Shown one piece after another: positions 29,258 through 38,196 of a stretch of 64,000 nt of DNA. The position numbers were made by a program, and so were the translations under genes. Source of the DNA: an uncultured Dorea sp. (lineage in GTDB: Bacteria > Bacillota > Clostridia > Lachnospirales > Lachnospiraceae); contig CAZYVA010000001.1 in NCBI GenBank assembly GCA_964650695.1, forward strand, positions 1,970-65,969, in the 5' to 3' direction. The notes under the pieces are model-generated. The model was not told the DNA's origin and did not search any database. It saw nothing but the letters and a program-made list of their open reading frames with translations. The stretch's first letter is position 1; every line of letters starts with the position of its first letter.

Positions 29258-29286
29258 TTGACATTTTCATAAAGCCTATCTATAAT
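29258..29286 (+). promoter_or_regulatory. Consensus sigma-A promoter upstream of ssrA
   Basis: TTGACA (29258..29263), exactly 17 nt, then TATAAT (29281..29286). The predicted start site lies ~115-120 nt upstream of the mature tmRNA 5' end. Confidence 0.6.
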
Positions 29287-29409
29287 AAAATTGTTTTGGC
29301 ATACGCCGCGTGAATCTGAGGAGAGACATTTTTGCGGCATTCCAAGGCCGGCGCTTCCGGATGCATGGACACGGCATAGGGAAGCCTGTGAACCGGCAGG
29401 CAGGTATGA

Positions 29410-29757
29410 GGGCTTGTACTGGTTTCGACGGAGGTTTGGAAGTCGGAGAAGCCATCCGTAGCGGGACACTACGTAAAAAGTTCCATCTTAAATATAAACG
29501 CAGACAATACAGAGTTAGCGTACGCAGCCTGATATGGCTGTAGTCGGCCTTAGGCCATCCGCCGCTTAAGTTCCCGGCTTCGACAAGGCGGAGCACTCTA
29601 TTCCTGACGCTCCTTGGGGATAGAAGATTTCAGGGGCTACTAAAGTCCGGAGCCTGCCATTTGGCGCCGGATGGAGGGAAAGAAAAAAGAATGGCTGTGA
29701 TGGGAGATGCTCGGATGGATGGGCTTTCGGACGCGGGTTCAACTCCCGCCAGGTCCA
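29410..29757 (+). ncRNA. ssrA: Transfer-messenger RNA (tmRNA, SsrA)
   Basis: The 5' GGGCTTG (29410..29416) pairs with the 3' CAGGTCC (29750..29756), including a G3:U wobble, then discriminator A. GGTTTCGAC near the 5' end. T-arm GCGGGTTCAACTCCCGC. The tag frame after TTAAATATAAAC reads GCA GAC AAT ACA GAG TTA GCG TAC GCA GCC TGA (29500..29532) = ADNTELAYAA. CCA is not encoded. Confidence 0.92.
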
Positions 29758-29796
29758 GTTGGACGTCACGGTCCTAAACCGTAACGATGAAGAGGG

Positions 29797-29829
29797 AAAA
29801 TCCGGATTCTGTAGATGGGATCCGGATTT
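29797..29829. terminator. Bidirectional hairpin terminator between ssrA (+) and the convergent Big_2 gene (-)
   Basis: Perfect 9-bp stem AAATCCGGA (29798..29806) / TCCGGATTT (29821..29829) with a 14-nt loop. A/T runs lie on both flanks. Confidence 0.6.
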
Positions 29830-29840
29830 GCATTTCCGGG

Positions 29841-32069
29841 TCACGCTTGGTTTTTCACCAGGTTTCCATCTGTGTCACGGTAATATTTCGGCGTAAAGCT
29901 GTCTTTGATCCGGATAATGTAGTAAACCTTACAGGTTTCGTCATACGACCCTTTATATTTTCTCACCCAATTATCAAACACTGCTTTTTTGGAATCATCG
30001 GTTTTCACGGCGCTGTCTTTGTGCCACTTCGCGTCATGCCCGGAAGCGAAGACCGTCCCATCCCCCCGGTAAATATAGGTATGGCTTTTCCCGATCAGGA
30101 TATCCCCAACCTTGATTTTCCCTTGATCCATCAGCGTCCGGAAGGACTTCCCACCCGCCGCGGTAACGGTGCAGGCTTTGTCAATCGCGGGTTTCACGCT
30201 TGTCCCACCGGCATTATAATTCTGGATTTTTCCGCTGCTGTTCCCATAAAATCTCTGGTTTTTCGAAAGGATGCCCATGTCCTTGAATGCCCAGTTCGCT
30301 ATGGACGCACAATTACCCCCATGGATTTTCCCCCGCAGCATCGTTTCGAATGTACCAGTCTGCGCCACATATTTGCTGCTGTTGGAATACACCCATTTAT
30401 CTCCTTTTGCGGTCCGCTCCAGAAGCACACTGTTATAGTAATTGCCGCAGGCCACCAAAGCCTGCGGTCCGGATAACGTCCCATCGCTGTGCGCCACGAT
30501 CTCCGGTTCTTTGACAGAGGAACCAGATGTGCCGGAAGAGGATGTTTTTGAGGATGTTTTTGAGGATGTATCTGTATCGTCTGTAGTTCCGTCAAGGCCC
30601 AGCGCTTCCTCCATGGCTTTCTGTACCGCGGCTTCTCTTGCCGCAGCCAGGTCTGACTGGGTGGATGTCCCCGTCCCCGTTACAGACTGCGTTCCATATG
30701 TGGTCGTACTGCCCACCGTCACAGGAATGGCCAGGACCGACGTCCCGACCGCGCACAGGATCTCTGTCTCCCCTTCCTCTACCGGCGTGATCTCCCCGCT
30801 GTCGCTGACCGTCGCCACCGAATCATCGACCGAATACCATCTTACATCCTGCCCCTCTGTCCCCGTCACCTCCAATGTATCCGTCTGGCTCTCACTTAAC
30901 GTAACGGAGGCTTTATTCATCTTTCCCACTGTTACCGGGCAGGTAAACGTCCGGCTCCCGGCTTCTGCGTAAATCTCCGTCGTTCCTTCCGAGACGCCCA
31001 GCAGCATCCCATTGTCCATCTTCACTACGGATTCGTCCCGGCTGTTCCATATGAACGTATTGCCGTTGTCAGCCTTTTGAAATTCCGCTGACACCCCAAC
31101 AACGGTAAATGCTTTCTCCGGCACTTGCACGACATGTACACTGCAGGATATTTCCTGTTCCCCCAGCCGCCCGACAACCGTGGTGTCCCCAAGTCCTGCC
31201 GCCCGTACCTTCCCCGTACCGTCTACGTCCGCAACCTGTGGATCCCTGCTCAGCCACTCCATTTCTGACGTGTCAAACCCTTTCCCACTGGCAAGGGGAA
31301 CCTTGGACTCTTCATCCAGGAGAAGATACCACTCTTCCTCCTCCATCCCCACCACATCAATGGACGTGTCAAAAATACTTCCATCCTCGATCTGGCAGGA
31401 AACCTCTACGGTTCCGGGGCTGATGCCTGTCAGCAGCCCGTCCTCGCTGACAGCAGCGACCTCTGGGTCGTCAACGCTCCAATTGGAGGCTGTGACGTAA
31501 AACCGCTCATCCACGCCAAGCTGCATCTGATTGCCGACAAACAGGAACGAATCTTCGGAAATAATGCCAGACACTTCTATCGTCTGGGACACTTCCAGCC
31601 CCTTATCCTTACAGGTCAGTGTCGCGCTTCCGCTTTTCAAAGTCTTAAGCTTTCCATCGACAACCTGCACAACACTCTCATCACTGGAAGAAAACACGGC
31701 GTCCTCCGACGCGCCGAGGATCTGCGGCTCTGCAGTCTGCCCTGCCAGCATCTCCACAGTCTCGTCCAAAAAGCCCAACACAAAGACCTTGCACGTTAAC
31801 GTCCGGAACCACGTCTTGACCAGCACGTTTGTTGTACCCGGTCCATACGCGGTAATCGTTCCGTCCTTTTCCGCATGCACGATCTGTTTATCCTCAGAAA
31901 TGTACCGGGCCGTCAGCCCCATCATTGGATTTGTCACTTCCAGCTCCGCCGAGTCGCCCACCTTCATAGTGACGGACTTCGCGTTCAGATGACCCATGCA
32001 AAAAGCCGGCACGCCAAGCAGAACCGCTGCACACATGATAATTGTACATATAATTCCTGCTTTCTTCAA
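29841..32069 (-). CDS. Secreted or membrane-anchored protein: N-terminal signal/TM, about six Big_2-like Ig repeats, S/T-rich linker, and a ~230-aa C-terminal Cys/His (NlpC/P60-like?) domain
   Basis: 742 aa. TTG start (TTGAAGAAAGCA) behind GAAGGAG. Repeats of the type VTMKVGDSAELEV...G.ATLTC/KV. Linker DTSSKTSSKTSSSGTSGSS. C-terminal GGNCASIANWAF...KVGDILIGKSHTYIYRGDGTVFASGHD follows the C...H(x)IY.G.G....H spacing of NlpC/P60 hydrolases. That domain assignment is inference. Confidence 0.85.
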   Translation of the reverse strand: MKKAGIICTIIMCAAVLLGVPAFCMGHLNAKSVTMKVGDSAELEVTNPMMGLTARYISEDKQIVHAEKDGTITAYGPGTTNVLVKTWFRTLTCKVFVLGFLDETVEMLAGQTAEPQILGASEDAVFSSSDESVVQVVDGKLKTLKSGSATLTCKDKGLEVSQTIEVSGIISEDSFLFVGNQMQLGVDERFYVTASNWSVDDPEVAAVSEDGLLTGISPGTVEVSCQIEDGSIFDTSIDVVGMEEEEWYLLLDEESKVPLASGKGFDTSEMEWLSRDPQVADVDGTGKVRAAGLGDTTVVGRLGEQEISCSVHVVQVPEKAFTVVGVSAEFQKADNGNTFIWNSRDESVVKMDNGMLLGVSEGTTEIYAEAGSRTFTCPVTVGKMNKASVTLSESQTDTLEVTGTEGQDVRWYSVDDSVATVSDSGEITPVEEGETEILCAVGTSVLAIPVTVGSTTTYGTQSVTGTGTSTQSDLAAAREAAVQKAMEEALGLDGTTDDTDTSSKTSSKTSSSGTSGSSVKEPEIVAHSDGTLSGPQALVACGNYYNSVLLERTAKGDKWVYSNSSKYVAQTGTFETMLRGKIHGGNCASIANWAFKDMGILSKNQRFYGNSSGKIQNYNAGGTSVKPAIDKACTVTAAGGKSFRTLMDQGKIKVGDILIGKSHTYIYRGDGTVFASGHDAKWHKDSAVKTDDSKKAVFDNWVRKYKGSYDETCKVYYIIRIKDSFTPKYYRDTDGNLVKNQA

Positions 32070-32221
32070 TCTCCTTACTCCTTCTCGTGCATCCCCTTCA
32101 TGCTTTCCAGGCTTCCCATCCTATGGGCAAAGCCAAAAGAAATGAAGCCATACAGCTTTCCGGACTACGCTTATCAAGCTTTCTTAGCGTATCACAAAAA
32201 AAGAAATCTGTCTACAATCAA

Positions 32222-32252
32222 AAGGCCGGCGCAATTCCTGCATTCCGGCCTT
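32222..32252 (-). terminator. Hairpin terminator between the two Big_2 paralogues
   Basis: 8-bp stem AAGGCCGG (32222..32229) / CCGGCCTT (32245..32252). On the minus strand it is followed by TTGATTG...TTTTTTT. Confidence 0.5.
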
Positions 32253-32287
32253 GCCCATACCTTAGTGCTGCTGTATGGCGCGGATGT

Positions 32288-34540
32288 CTACTGGTTCTTC
32301 ACAAGGTTCCCCTGGGCATCGCGGTAATATTTGGGCACAAAGCTGTCCTTCATCCGTATAATATACTGCACGTTGAACTTTTCATCATAGGTTCCTTTAT
32401 AATTACGGACCCAATTATCAAATACCGCCTTGTTCGGATCATCCGTTTTCACGGAACTGTCCTTATGCCATTTGGCATCATGCCCGCTGGCGAACACCGT
32501 ACCGTTTCCGCGGTAGATATAGGTATGCCCTTTTCCGATTATAATATCCCCAACTTTGATATTTCCCCCGCTCATCAAGGTCTTAAAGGTTTTCCCGCCC
32601 GTCTTAATGATATCGCACGCGCTGTCCAGGGCCGCTTTCACGCTGGTCCCTCCGGAATTGTAATTTTGGATCTTTCCGCTGCTGTTTCCATAGAATTTCT
32701 GGCTGTTGGAGAGGATCCCCATATCCCGGAATGCCCAGTTTGCGATCGACGCACAGTTCCCGCCCCGGATGCTGCCTTTTAGCATCGTCTCAAACGTGCC
32801 GCTCTGATCGACATATTTACTGCTGTTGGAATAAACCCACTTTTCCCCCTTCGCGGAACAGTTGAGCAGCACGCTGTTATAATAATCCCCGCAGGCGACG
32901 ATCGCCTCCGGCCCCGTCAGTTTTCCACTGTTGCTGGACACCTGCTCCGGTTCCTTCACTTTCGATTTTGTCGTTTTCTTCGAAGAATCCGAAGTTGATT
33001 TCGACTTCTCCGTTGTTTTTGCAGCCGCTTGCTCTTCCGCTTCCTGCGCCGCCGCTTCCGCAGCCGCCTGCTCTTCCGCTTCCTGCGCCGCCGCTTCCAC
33101 AGCCGCCTGCTCTTCCGCTTCCTGCGCCGCCACTTTTGCAGCCGCTTGCTCTTCCGCCGTATTTTCGTCCACTTCCGAATGATCGACCGTCACAGGGATG
33201 GTCATGGTAGACATGCCGATCGTACAATAGACCTCCGTCGTCCCTTCGCCCACCGGGGTAATTTCCCCCGATTCACTGACGGTTGCAATGGAAGTGTCCG
33301 CACTGGACCACTCCGCTTCCTGTCCGTCCATGCCGGAGATCTCCACCGTCTGCGTCTGTGACCCATCCAGTGTGACAGAAGGGGTATTGACCTCTCCCAC
33401 AGATACCGCGCAGGTAAACGTGCGGCTTCCCGCGGAAGCCGTGATCGAGGATGTCCCTGCCGACACGCCAATCAATTTCCCGTCCTCTATTTTTACCATG
33501 GACGCATCATCGCTTGTCCAGACAATCCCCGGCTGTCCATCCTCTGTCTGCAGCTTCGACGACACGCCTACCGCCGTGAATGCCTGGTCCGGCACTTCGA
33601 TGACATGTACGGCCCCGGAGATCTCTTCCCCGTCCAACATCCCGGTCACTTCCGTATTGCCAGTTCCTTCCGCTTTTACACGCCCGGAGGTATCCACGCT
33701 GGCCACCTCGGTGTCCGCGCTCTGCCAGACCATGCCTTCCGCGTCAAACCCTTTGCCGCTGACCAGAGGAGGCCCGGAATCCTCCCCGGAAAGCAGATAC
33801 AGATCCGCATCTTTCATCCCGACGATATTGACATCCGTCTTTAAAAGCTTCCCGCTTTCCGTCTGGCAGGAAACAACTACGGATCCCGCCGACACGCCTT
33901 CCAGCATGCCATTGGCATCGATCGAAGCAACCTGCGTATCATCCACGCTCCAATTGGCCGGCCTGCCGGAAATCTCATCATTGATACGCATCTGCATCTT
34001 ATTCCCGGTAAACAAGTAATCTTTGTCCGAAATAATCCCCGCGACTTTTATCGTCTGGGAAACCGTCAGGCCCTTATCCTCACAGACAAGCGTTGCCTCA
34101 CCATCCTTTAAAGTCTTGATCCTTTTGCCTGTCACCTGCACAACGCTCTCATCACTGGAGTAAAAGACCGCTTCCTCCGACGCGCCCAGTACCTGCGGCT
34201 CTGCGCTCTGCCCTTCCAGCATCATCGTGGATTCTTTTTCAAACCCCAACACATAAACCTTGCACTTCAACGTCCGAAGAGGCGTCTTCACCCGGACCGT
34301 TGTCGTCCCCGGATTGTAAGCGGCAATCAGGCCGTCTTCCTCTGTAGCAACAACCATTCCATCATCGGAAACAAAATGAGCCGCCATCTGCATCAAAGGG
34401 TTCGATAATTTAAGTTCGGTGGAATCACCGACCGTCATGGTAACAGAACGCGCGTTCAGATTACCGATACAAAGAGCCGGTACACCAAATAAAACCGCTA
34501 TGCAGGCAACAGCTATCAATACATTACGTACTTTCTTCAA
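32288..34540 (-). CDS. Paralogue of 29841..32069: signal/TM, Big_2-like repeats, A/E/Q-rich repeat linker, and the same C-terminal Cys/His domain
   Basis: The ORF track gives 32288..34558. I prefer the second TTG (TTGAAGAAAGTA, 34540) behind AGGGGAG, which mirrors the paralogue's start. Same domain order. By eye the C-terminal domain is about three-quarters identical to the paralogue (GGNCASIANWAF, GHTYIYRGNGTVFASGHDAKWHKDS). Confidence 0.85.
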   Translation of the reverse strand: MKKVRNVLIAVACIAVLFGVPALCIGNLNARSVTMTVGDSTELKLSNPLMQMAAHFVSDDGMVVATEEDGLIAAYNPGTTTVRVKTPLRTLKCKVYVLGFEKESTMMLEGQSAEPQVLGASEEAVFYSSDESVVQVTGKRIKTLKDGEATLVCEDKGLTVSQTIKVAGIISDKDYLFTGNKMQMRINDEISGRPANWSVDDTQVASIDANGMLEGVSAGSVVVSCQTESGKLLKTDVNIVGMKDADLYLLSGEDSGPPLVSGKGFDAEGMVWQSADTEVASVDTSGRVKAEGTGNTEVTGMLDGEEISGAVHVIEVPDQAFTAVGVSSKLQTEDGQPGIVWTSDDASMVKIEDGKLIGVSAGTSSITASAGSRTFTCAVSVGEVNTPSVTLDGSQTQTVEISGMDGQEAEWSSADTSIATVSESGEITPVGEGTTEVYCTIGMSTMTIPVTVDHSEVDENTAEEQAAAKVAAQEAEEQAAVEAAAQEAEEQAAAEAAAQEAEEQAAAKTTEKSKSTSDSSKKTTKSKVKEPEQVSSNSGKLTGPEAIVACGDYYNSVLLNCSAKGEKWVYSNSSKYVDQSGTFETMLKGSIRGGNCASIANWAFRDMGILSNSQKFYGNSSGKIQNYNSGGTSVKAALDSACDIIKTGGKTFKTLMSGGNIKVGDIIIGKGHTYIYRGNGTVFASGHDAKWHKDSSVKTDDPNKAVFDNWVRNYKGTYDEKFNVQYIIRMKDSFVPKYYRDAQGNLVKNQ
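33027..33158 (-). repeat. In-frame 39-nt tandem repeat (3 full units plus a partial) encoding an AAQEAEEQAA(V/A)EA linker
   Basis: Units lie at 33027..33065, 33066..33104 and 33105..33143, with a partial unit at 33144..33158. Units differ at only a few positions. Confidence 0.9.
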
Positions 34541-34678
34541 TTTTTTCTCCCCTTTCAAAAATATAATCCCCTATAGACAGATTAACACAAACCGCTACAT
34601 CTGTCGATAAAAAATTTGTCAAAAAAAATACGGTCATAGGACCGCATTTTTTTGGGATAAAGTTTTACTGCCGGAAAC

Positions 34679-36166
34679 TCAACGCCGTAAAAGCCTCCGC
34701 ACAGTCTCTTTCATCTGCCCTGGCTCACATTCCGTATCATGCAGCACCTCTGCATCCAGGACATCTCTGACTGCCTTTGGTATCGCGACGCCGGACACTT
34801 TTTCCAGGGCGGCAAGAAGCTCGATTTCATCCTGCTTTCCATACTTTTCATCAATGGCCGTCATCACGCTTCCCGCAAACTTATATGGGCTGGCCGTAGA
34901 AACAATGATGCATGGCTTCTTGTCCTTTGTCGTTTCCTTGTACCTGCTGCATACATAGGAAGCGACCGCCGTATGCGTATCCATCACATACCCGGTCTGA
35001 CGGTAAACCTCCCGGATCCGCCTCGCCGTATCTTCCTCTGAGGCAAAGCCGGCCGCAAAGCCAGAGAGCTTCTCCCTCATATCGTCTGTAACCGTATATT
35101 TCCCGGCCGTCTTCAGTTCTCCCATCAATGCCCTTGTCTTTTTGGGATCCTCCCCTGCAGCCAGATAAATCAACCTTTCCAGGTTGCTGGAAACCAAAAT
35201 ATCCATCGACGGGGACGATGTCAGGACAAACGCCCTGTTTGTATCATATACCCCGGTCTGGAAGAAATCAAACAGCACCTTGTTCTCATTGGAGGCACAG
35301 ATCAGCTTATCAATCGGGACCCCCATATTCTTTGCATAGTACGCGGCAAGGATATTGCCAAAATTCCCGGTAGGGACCACGATATTGACAGCTTCATCTT
35401 TTGCGGTCCCGCCACATTCCAGCAGTTTCACATACGCATATACATAATATACCACCTGCGGGATGAGCCGCCCGATGTTGATAGAATTTGCAGAGGAAAG
35501 CTGATACCCGTTTTCCGCCAGCTCCTCTGCCAGCCCCGTATCCGCAAACATCTCCTTCACACCGCTCTGCGCCTGGTCGAAATTCCCATGGATGGCCACT
35601 ACATCCACATTGCTCCCTTTCTGCGTCACCATCTGGAGCTTCTGTATCTTACTGACCCCGTCCTTTGGGAAAAAGACAATGACCCTTGTGCCTTCCACGT
35701 CCGCGAACCCAGCCAGCGCCGCTTTCCCGGTATCCCCGGAAGTCGCGGCCAGGATCACGATCTCGTTTTCCACTGCATTTTTTCTCGCGGCGATCGTGAG
35801 TAAATGCGGCAGGATCGATAAAGCCATATCCTTAAACGCAACCGTAGCTCCATGGAACAATTCCAGGTACCAATCGTCCCCTTTCCGGACTAACGGCGCG
35901 ATCTGCGCTGTGTCGAATTTGCTGTCATACGCTTTCCTGATACAACTCTTTAACTCCTCCTCCGTAAAATCAGTCAGAAACTCCCTCATGACCGCAAAGG
36001 CGGCCTCCTGGTACGAACAGCCGCAAAGGCAATCCAAAGATACGGAAAGCCTCGGCATCTCCGAAGGCACAAACAATCCCCCATCCTTTGCAAGCCCTTT
36101 TAAAACCGCCTGTGAAGCCGTCACTGCCGCTTCTGAATTTCTTGTGCTCTTATAATACAAAGCCAT
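34679..36166 (-). CDS. thrC: Threonine synthase
   Basis: 495 aa. PLP-lysine context HGATVAFKDMAL, then ATSGDTGKAA and GNFGNILA. This is the long-form ThrC pattern. Confidence 0.93.
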   Translation of the reverse strand: MALYYKSTRNSEAAVTASQAVLKGLAKDGGLFVPSEMPRLSVSLDCLCGCSYQEAAFAVMREFLTDFTEEELKSCIRKAYDSKFDTAQIAPLVRKGDDWYLELFHGATVAFKDMALSILPHLLTIAARKNAVENEIVILAATSGDTGKAALAGFADVEGTRVIVFFPKDGVSKIQKLQMVTQKGSNVDVVAIHGNFDQAQSGVKEMFADTGLAEELAENGYQLSSANSINIGRLIPQVVYYVYAYVKLLECGGTAKDEAVNIVVPTGNFGNILAAYYAKNMGVPIDKLICASNENKVLFDFFQTGVYDTNRAFVLTSSPSMDILVSSNLERLIYLAAGEDPKKTRALMGELKTAGKYTVTDDMREKLSGFAAGFASEEDTARRIREVYRQTGYVMDTHTAVASYVCSRYKETTKDKKPCIIVSTASPYKFAGSVMTAIDEKYGKQDEIELLAALEKVSGVAIPKAVRDVLDAEVLHDTECEPGQMKETVRRLLRR

Positions 36167-36345
36167 CCTCTACACCTCAGTCCAGCCTATACAATCCTGC
36201 AGATCCGCTGCCATTCACGGTCCAGTAGGCCGCCCATAGCCACGCAGATCCTCATTTCCGGCATTTTTTATCCGCGCAAAATGCACGATCCTTCCAAAAC
36301 CTTCATGCGCCGCGTTTGCTCCCCGCTATGGATGCGCGGATGATT

Positions 36346-36840
36346 TCATGACCGTCCCTTAGCATTATAATACTTTACAAGCCCGCCCGCATCGATCAGC
36401 TTCTGCATAAATTCCGGGAATGCCTGCCCCTTAAATTCCATATTCTTGGTACGGTCATAGATGGTCCCGCTGTCAAAATCAACCTCGACCTCGTCACCCG
36501 CTTCAATACTTTGCGCCGCCTCCGGGCATTCAATGATCGGAAGCCCGATATTGATCGCGTTCCGGTAGAAAATCCGCGCAAAGGTCTCCGCTATGATGCA
36601 GCCCACACCCGCCGTCTTCAGGCAGAGGGGCGCGTGCTCCCTGGAGGAGCCGCAGCCAAAATTCTTCTTCGCCACGATCAGGTCGCCCGGCTGCACTTTT
36701 TTTACAAATTCCGGGTCGATATCCGCCATCGCATGGCCCGCCAGCTCTTTCGCGTCAAACGAATTCAAGTATCTTGCCGGGATGATGACGTCTGTATCCA
36801 CATTGTCCCCATATTTAAATACATGCCCTAACGCTTTCAT
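36346..36840 (-). CDS. leuD: 3-isopropylmalate/(R)-citramalate dehydratase small subunit (aconitase swivel domain)
   Basis: 164 aa. [25 protein letters not shown] and [11 protein letters not shown] match the LeuD type-2 pattern. Confidence 0.9.
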   Translation of the reverse strand: MKALGHVFKYGDNVDTDVIIPARYLNSFDAKELAGHAMADIDPEFVKKVQPGDLIVAKKNFGCGSSREHAPLCLKTAGVGCIIAETFARIFYRNAINIGLPIIECPEAAQSIEAGDEVEVDFDSGTIYDRTKNMEFKGQAFPEFMQKLIDAGGLVKYYNAKGRS

Positions 36841-36843
36841 GGC

Positions 36844-38118
36844 CTATCTGCCTCCTACTTTCTCCGGATTTGCAATAAATCCCGCAATTGCGCTTGCCGC
36901 CGCCACCTCCGGGGAAGCAAGGTAAATCAAAGAATCCACATGTCCCATACGCCCTACAAAATTACGGTTTGTCGTAGACACGCATTTTTCGCCTGCGGCC
37001 ATCACGCCCATATGCCCGCCCATACATGGCCCGCAGCTTGGCGTATTGACCGCGCAGCCCGCGTCAATAAAAATATCCACAAGCCCTTCCGCGATACACT
37101 GTTTATAAATCTTCTGTGTCGCCGGGACGACCATGACCCGCACATCCGGGTGTACCGTATGCCCTTCCAGGATTGCCGCCGCTTTTCTCATATCAGACAT
37201 CCTGCCATTCGTGCAGGAGCCGATCACTACCTGGTCAATCTTCACCGGCTCCATAGCTTCAATCTCATCGATCGTCCTGGCATTCCCCGGAAGATGCGGG
37301 AAAGCAACCGTCGGGCGTACCTTCGACAGATCGACCTCCACCACGGCTTCATACTCCGCGTCGTCATCCGCCGCATAGATTTTGTACGCTTTCTTTGTAT
37401 GTTCCTTTAAGTAGTCTTCCGTCAGGGCATCCACTGGGAAGATGCCGTTTTTCGCGCCTGCCTCAATCGCCATATTTGCCATCGTGAACCGGTCGTCCAT
37501 CGTCAGGCCCGCAATGCCGTCCCCCACGAACTCCATCGATCGGTACAAAGCGCCGTCCACCCCGATTTTCCCGATGATATGGATGATGATATCCTTTCCG
37601 GACACGTAGGGGCCTGGCTTCCCGGTCAATACAAACTGAATCGCACCCGGCACCTTAAACCATGCCCGTCCGGCCGCCATCCCTGCTGCAATGTCCGTCG
37701 TGCCAACCCCGGTGGCAAACGCCCCCAGCGCCCCGTATGTACAGGTATGGGAATCCGCGCCAATGATACATTCCCCCGCCGCGACTACCCCAGCTTCCGG
37801 CAGGATTGCATGCTCCACCCCGGATTTGCCCTGCTCAAAATACCAGGACAGCCCTTGCGCTTTCGCGAATTCACGGATCGCCTTGGCATTTTCCGCTGAT
37901 TTAATATCTTTATTGGGCGTGAAATGATCCGGCACCAGCACGACCTTATCTTTATCAAACACCTGATCCGCCATCTGGAAAAAAATCGGCAGCGCCATCG
38001 GACCGGTAATGTCATTTGCCATCACAACATCTAACCCTGCTTCGATCAACTGCCCGGCAAAAACCTCTGGAAGCCCTGCATGGTCAGCCAGGATCTTTTG
38101 TGTCATTGTCATTCCCAT
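36844..38118 (-). CDS. leuC: 3-isopropylmalate/(R)-citramalate dehydratase large subunit (aconitase family)
   Basis: I place the start at [10 protein letters not shown] (38118) behind GAGGAGGTGG. Motifs [31 protein letters not shown] and CGPCMG are the Fe-S cluster ligands. Confidence 0.9.
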   Translation of the reverse strand: MGMTMTQKILADHAGLPEVFAGQLIEAGLDVVMANDITGPMALPIFFQMADQVFDKDKVVLVPDHFTPNKDIKSAENAKAIREFAKAQGLSWYFEQGKSGVEHAILPEAGVVAAGECIIGADSHTCTYGALGAFATGVGTTDIAAGMAAGRAWFKVPGAIQFVLTGKPGPYVSGKDIIIHIIGKIGVDGALYRSMEFVGDGIAGLTMDDRFTMANMAIEAGAKNGIFPVDALTEDYLKEHTKKAYKIYAADDDAEYEAVVEVDLSKVRPTVAFPHLPGNARTIDEIEAMEPVKIDQVVIGSCTNGRMSDMRKAAAILEGHTVHPDVRVMVVPATQKIYKQCIAEGLVDIFIDAGCAVNTPSCGPCMGGHMGVMAAGEKCVSTTNRNFVGRMGHVDSLIYLASPEVAAASAIAGFIANPEKVGGR

Positions 38119-38196
38119 TTCGACCACCTCCTCGCGCATCTGCCCCCATCCCTACATCCGGCGGATGGGGCAGCTTGAAACGGATAAGCCAACGCA

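Noticed and set aside
29310-29543. A 77-aa ORF overlapping the tmRNA gene, plus several minus-strand ORFs at 29149..29844
   Set aside because: The region is explained by ssrA (acceptor stem, T-arm, tag frame) and its leader. The ORFs have no RBS and cross RNA structural elements.
33027-33158. A CRISPR-like regular repeat
   Set aside because: The 39-nt units are contiguous with no spacers, lie in frame inside a large ORF, and encode an A/E/Q linker. No cas genes are present.
29758-36200. A genomic island integrated at the tmRNA 3' end
   Set aside because: tmRNA genes are classic integration sites. However, there is no integrase or excisionase. By eye I found no second copy of the ssrA 3' segment (TTCAACTCCCGCC...) downstream. 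The adjacent genes have the same strand bias and composition as the rest of the window. A computational repeat search would settle the matter.
36167-36345. A T-box or amino-acid riboswitch upstream of thrC, and likewise upstream of leuC (38119..38196), dapF (24019..24120) and hisH (26766..26873)
   Set aside because: The spacers are short (78-179 nt). They lack the T-box sequence (GGTGGTACCGCG-like), the specifier-loop features, and the SAM or lysine riboswitch cores.
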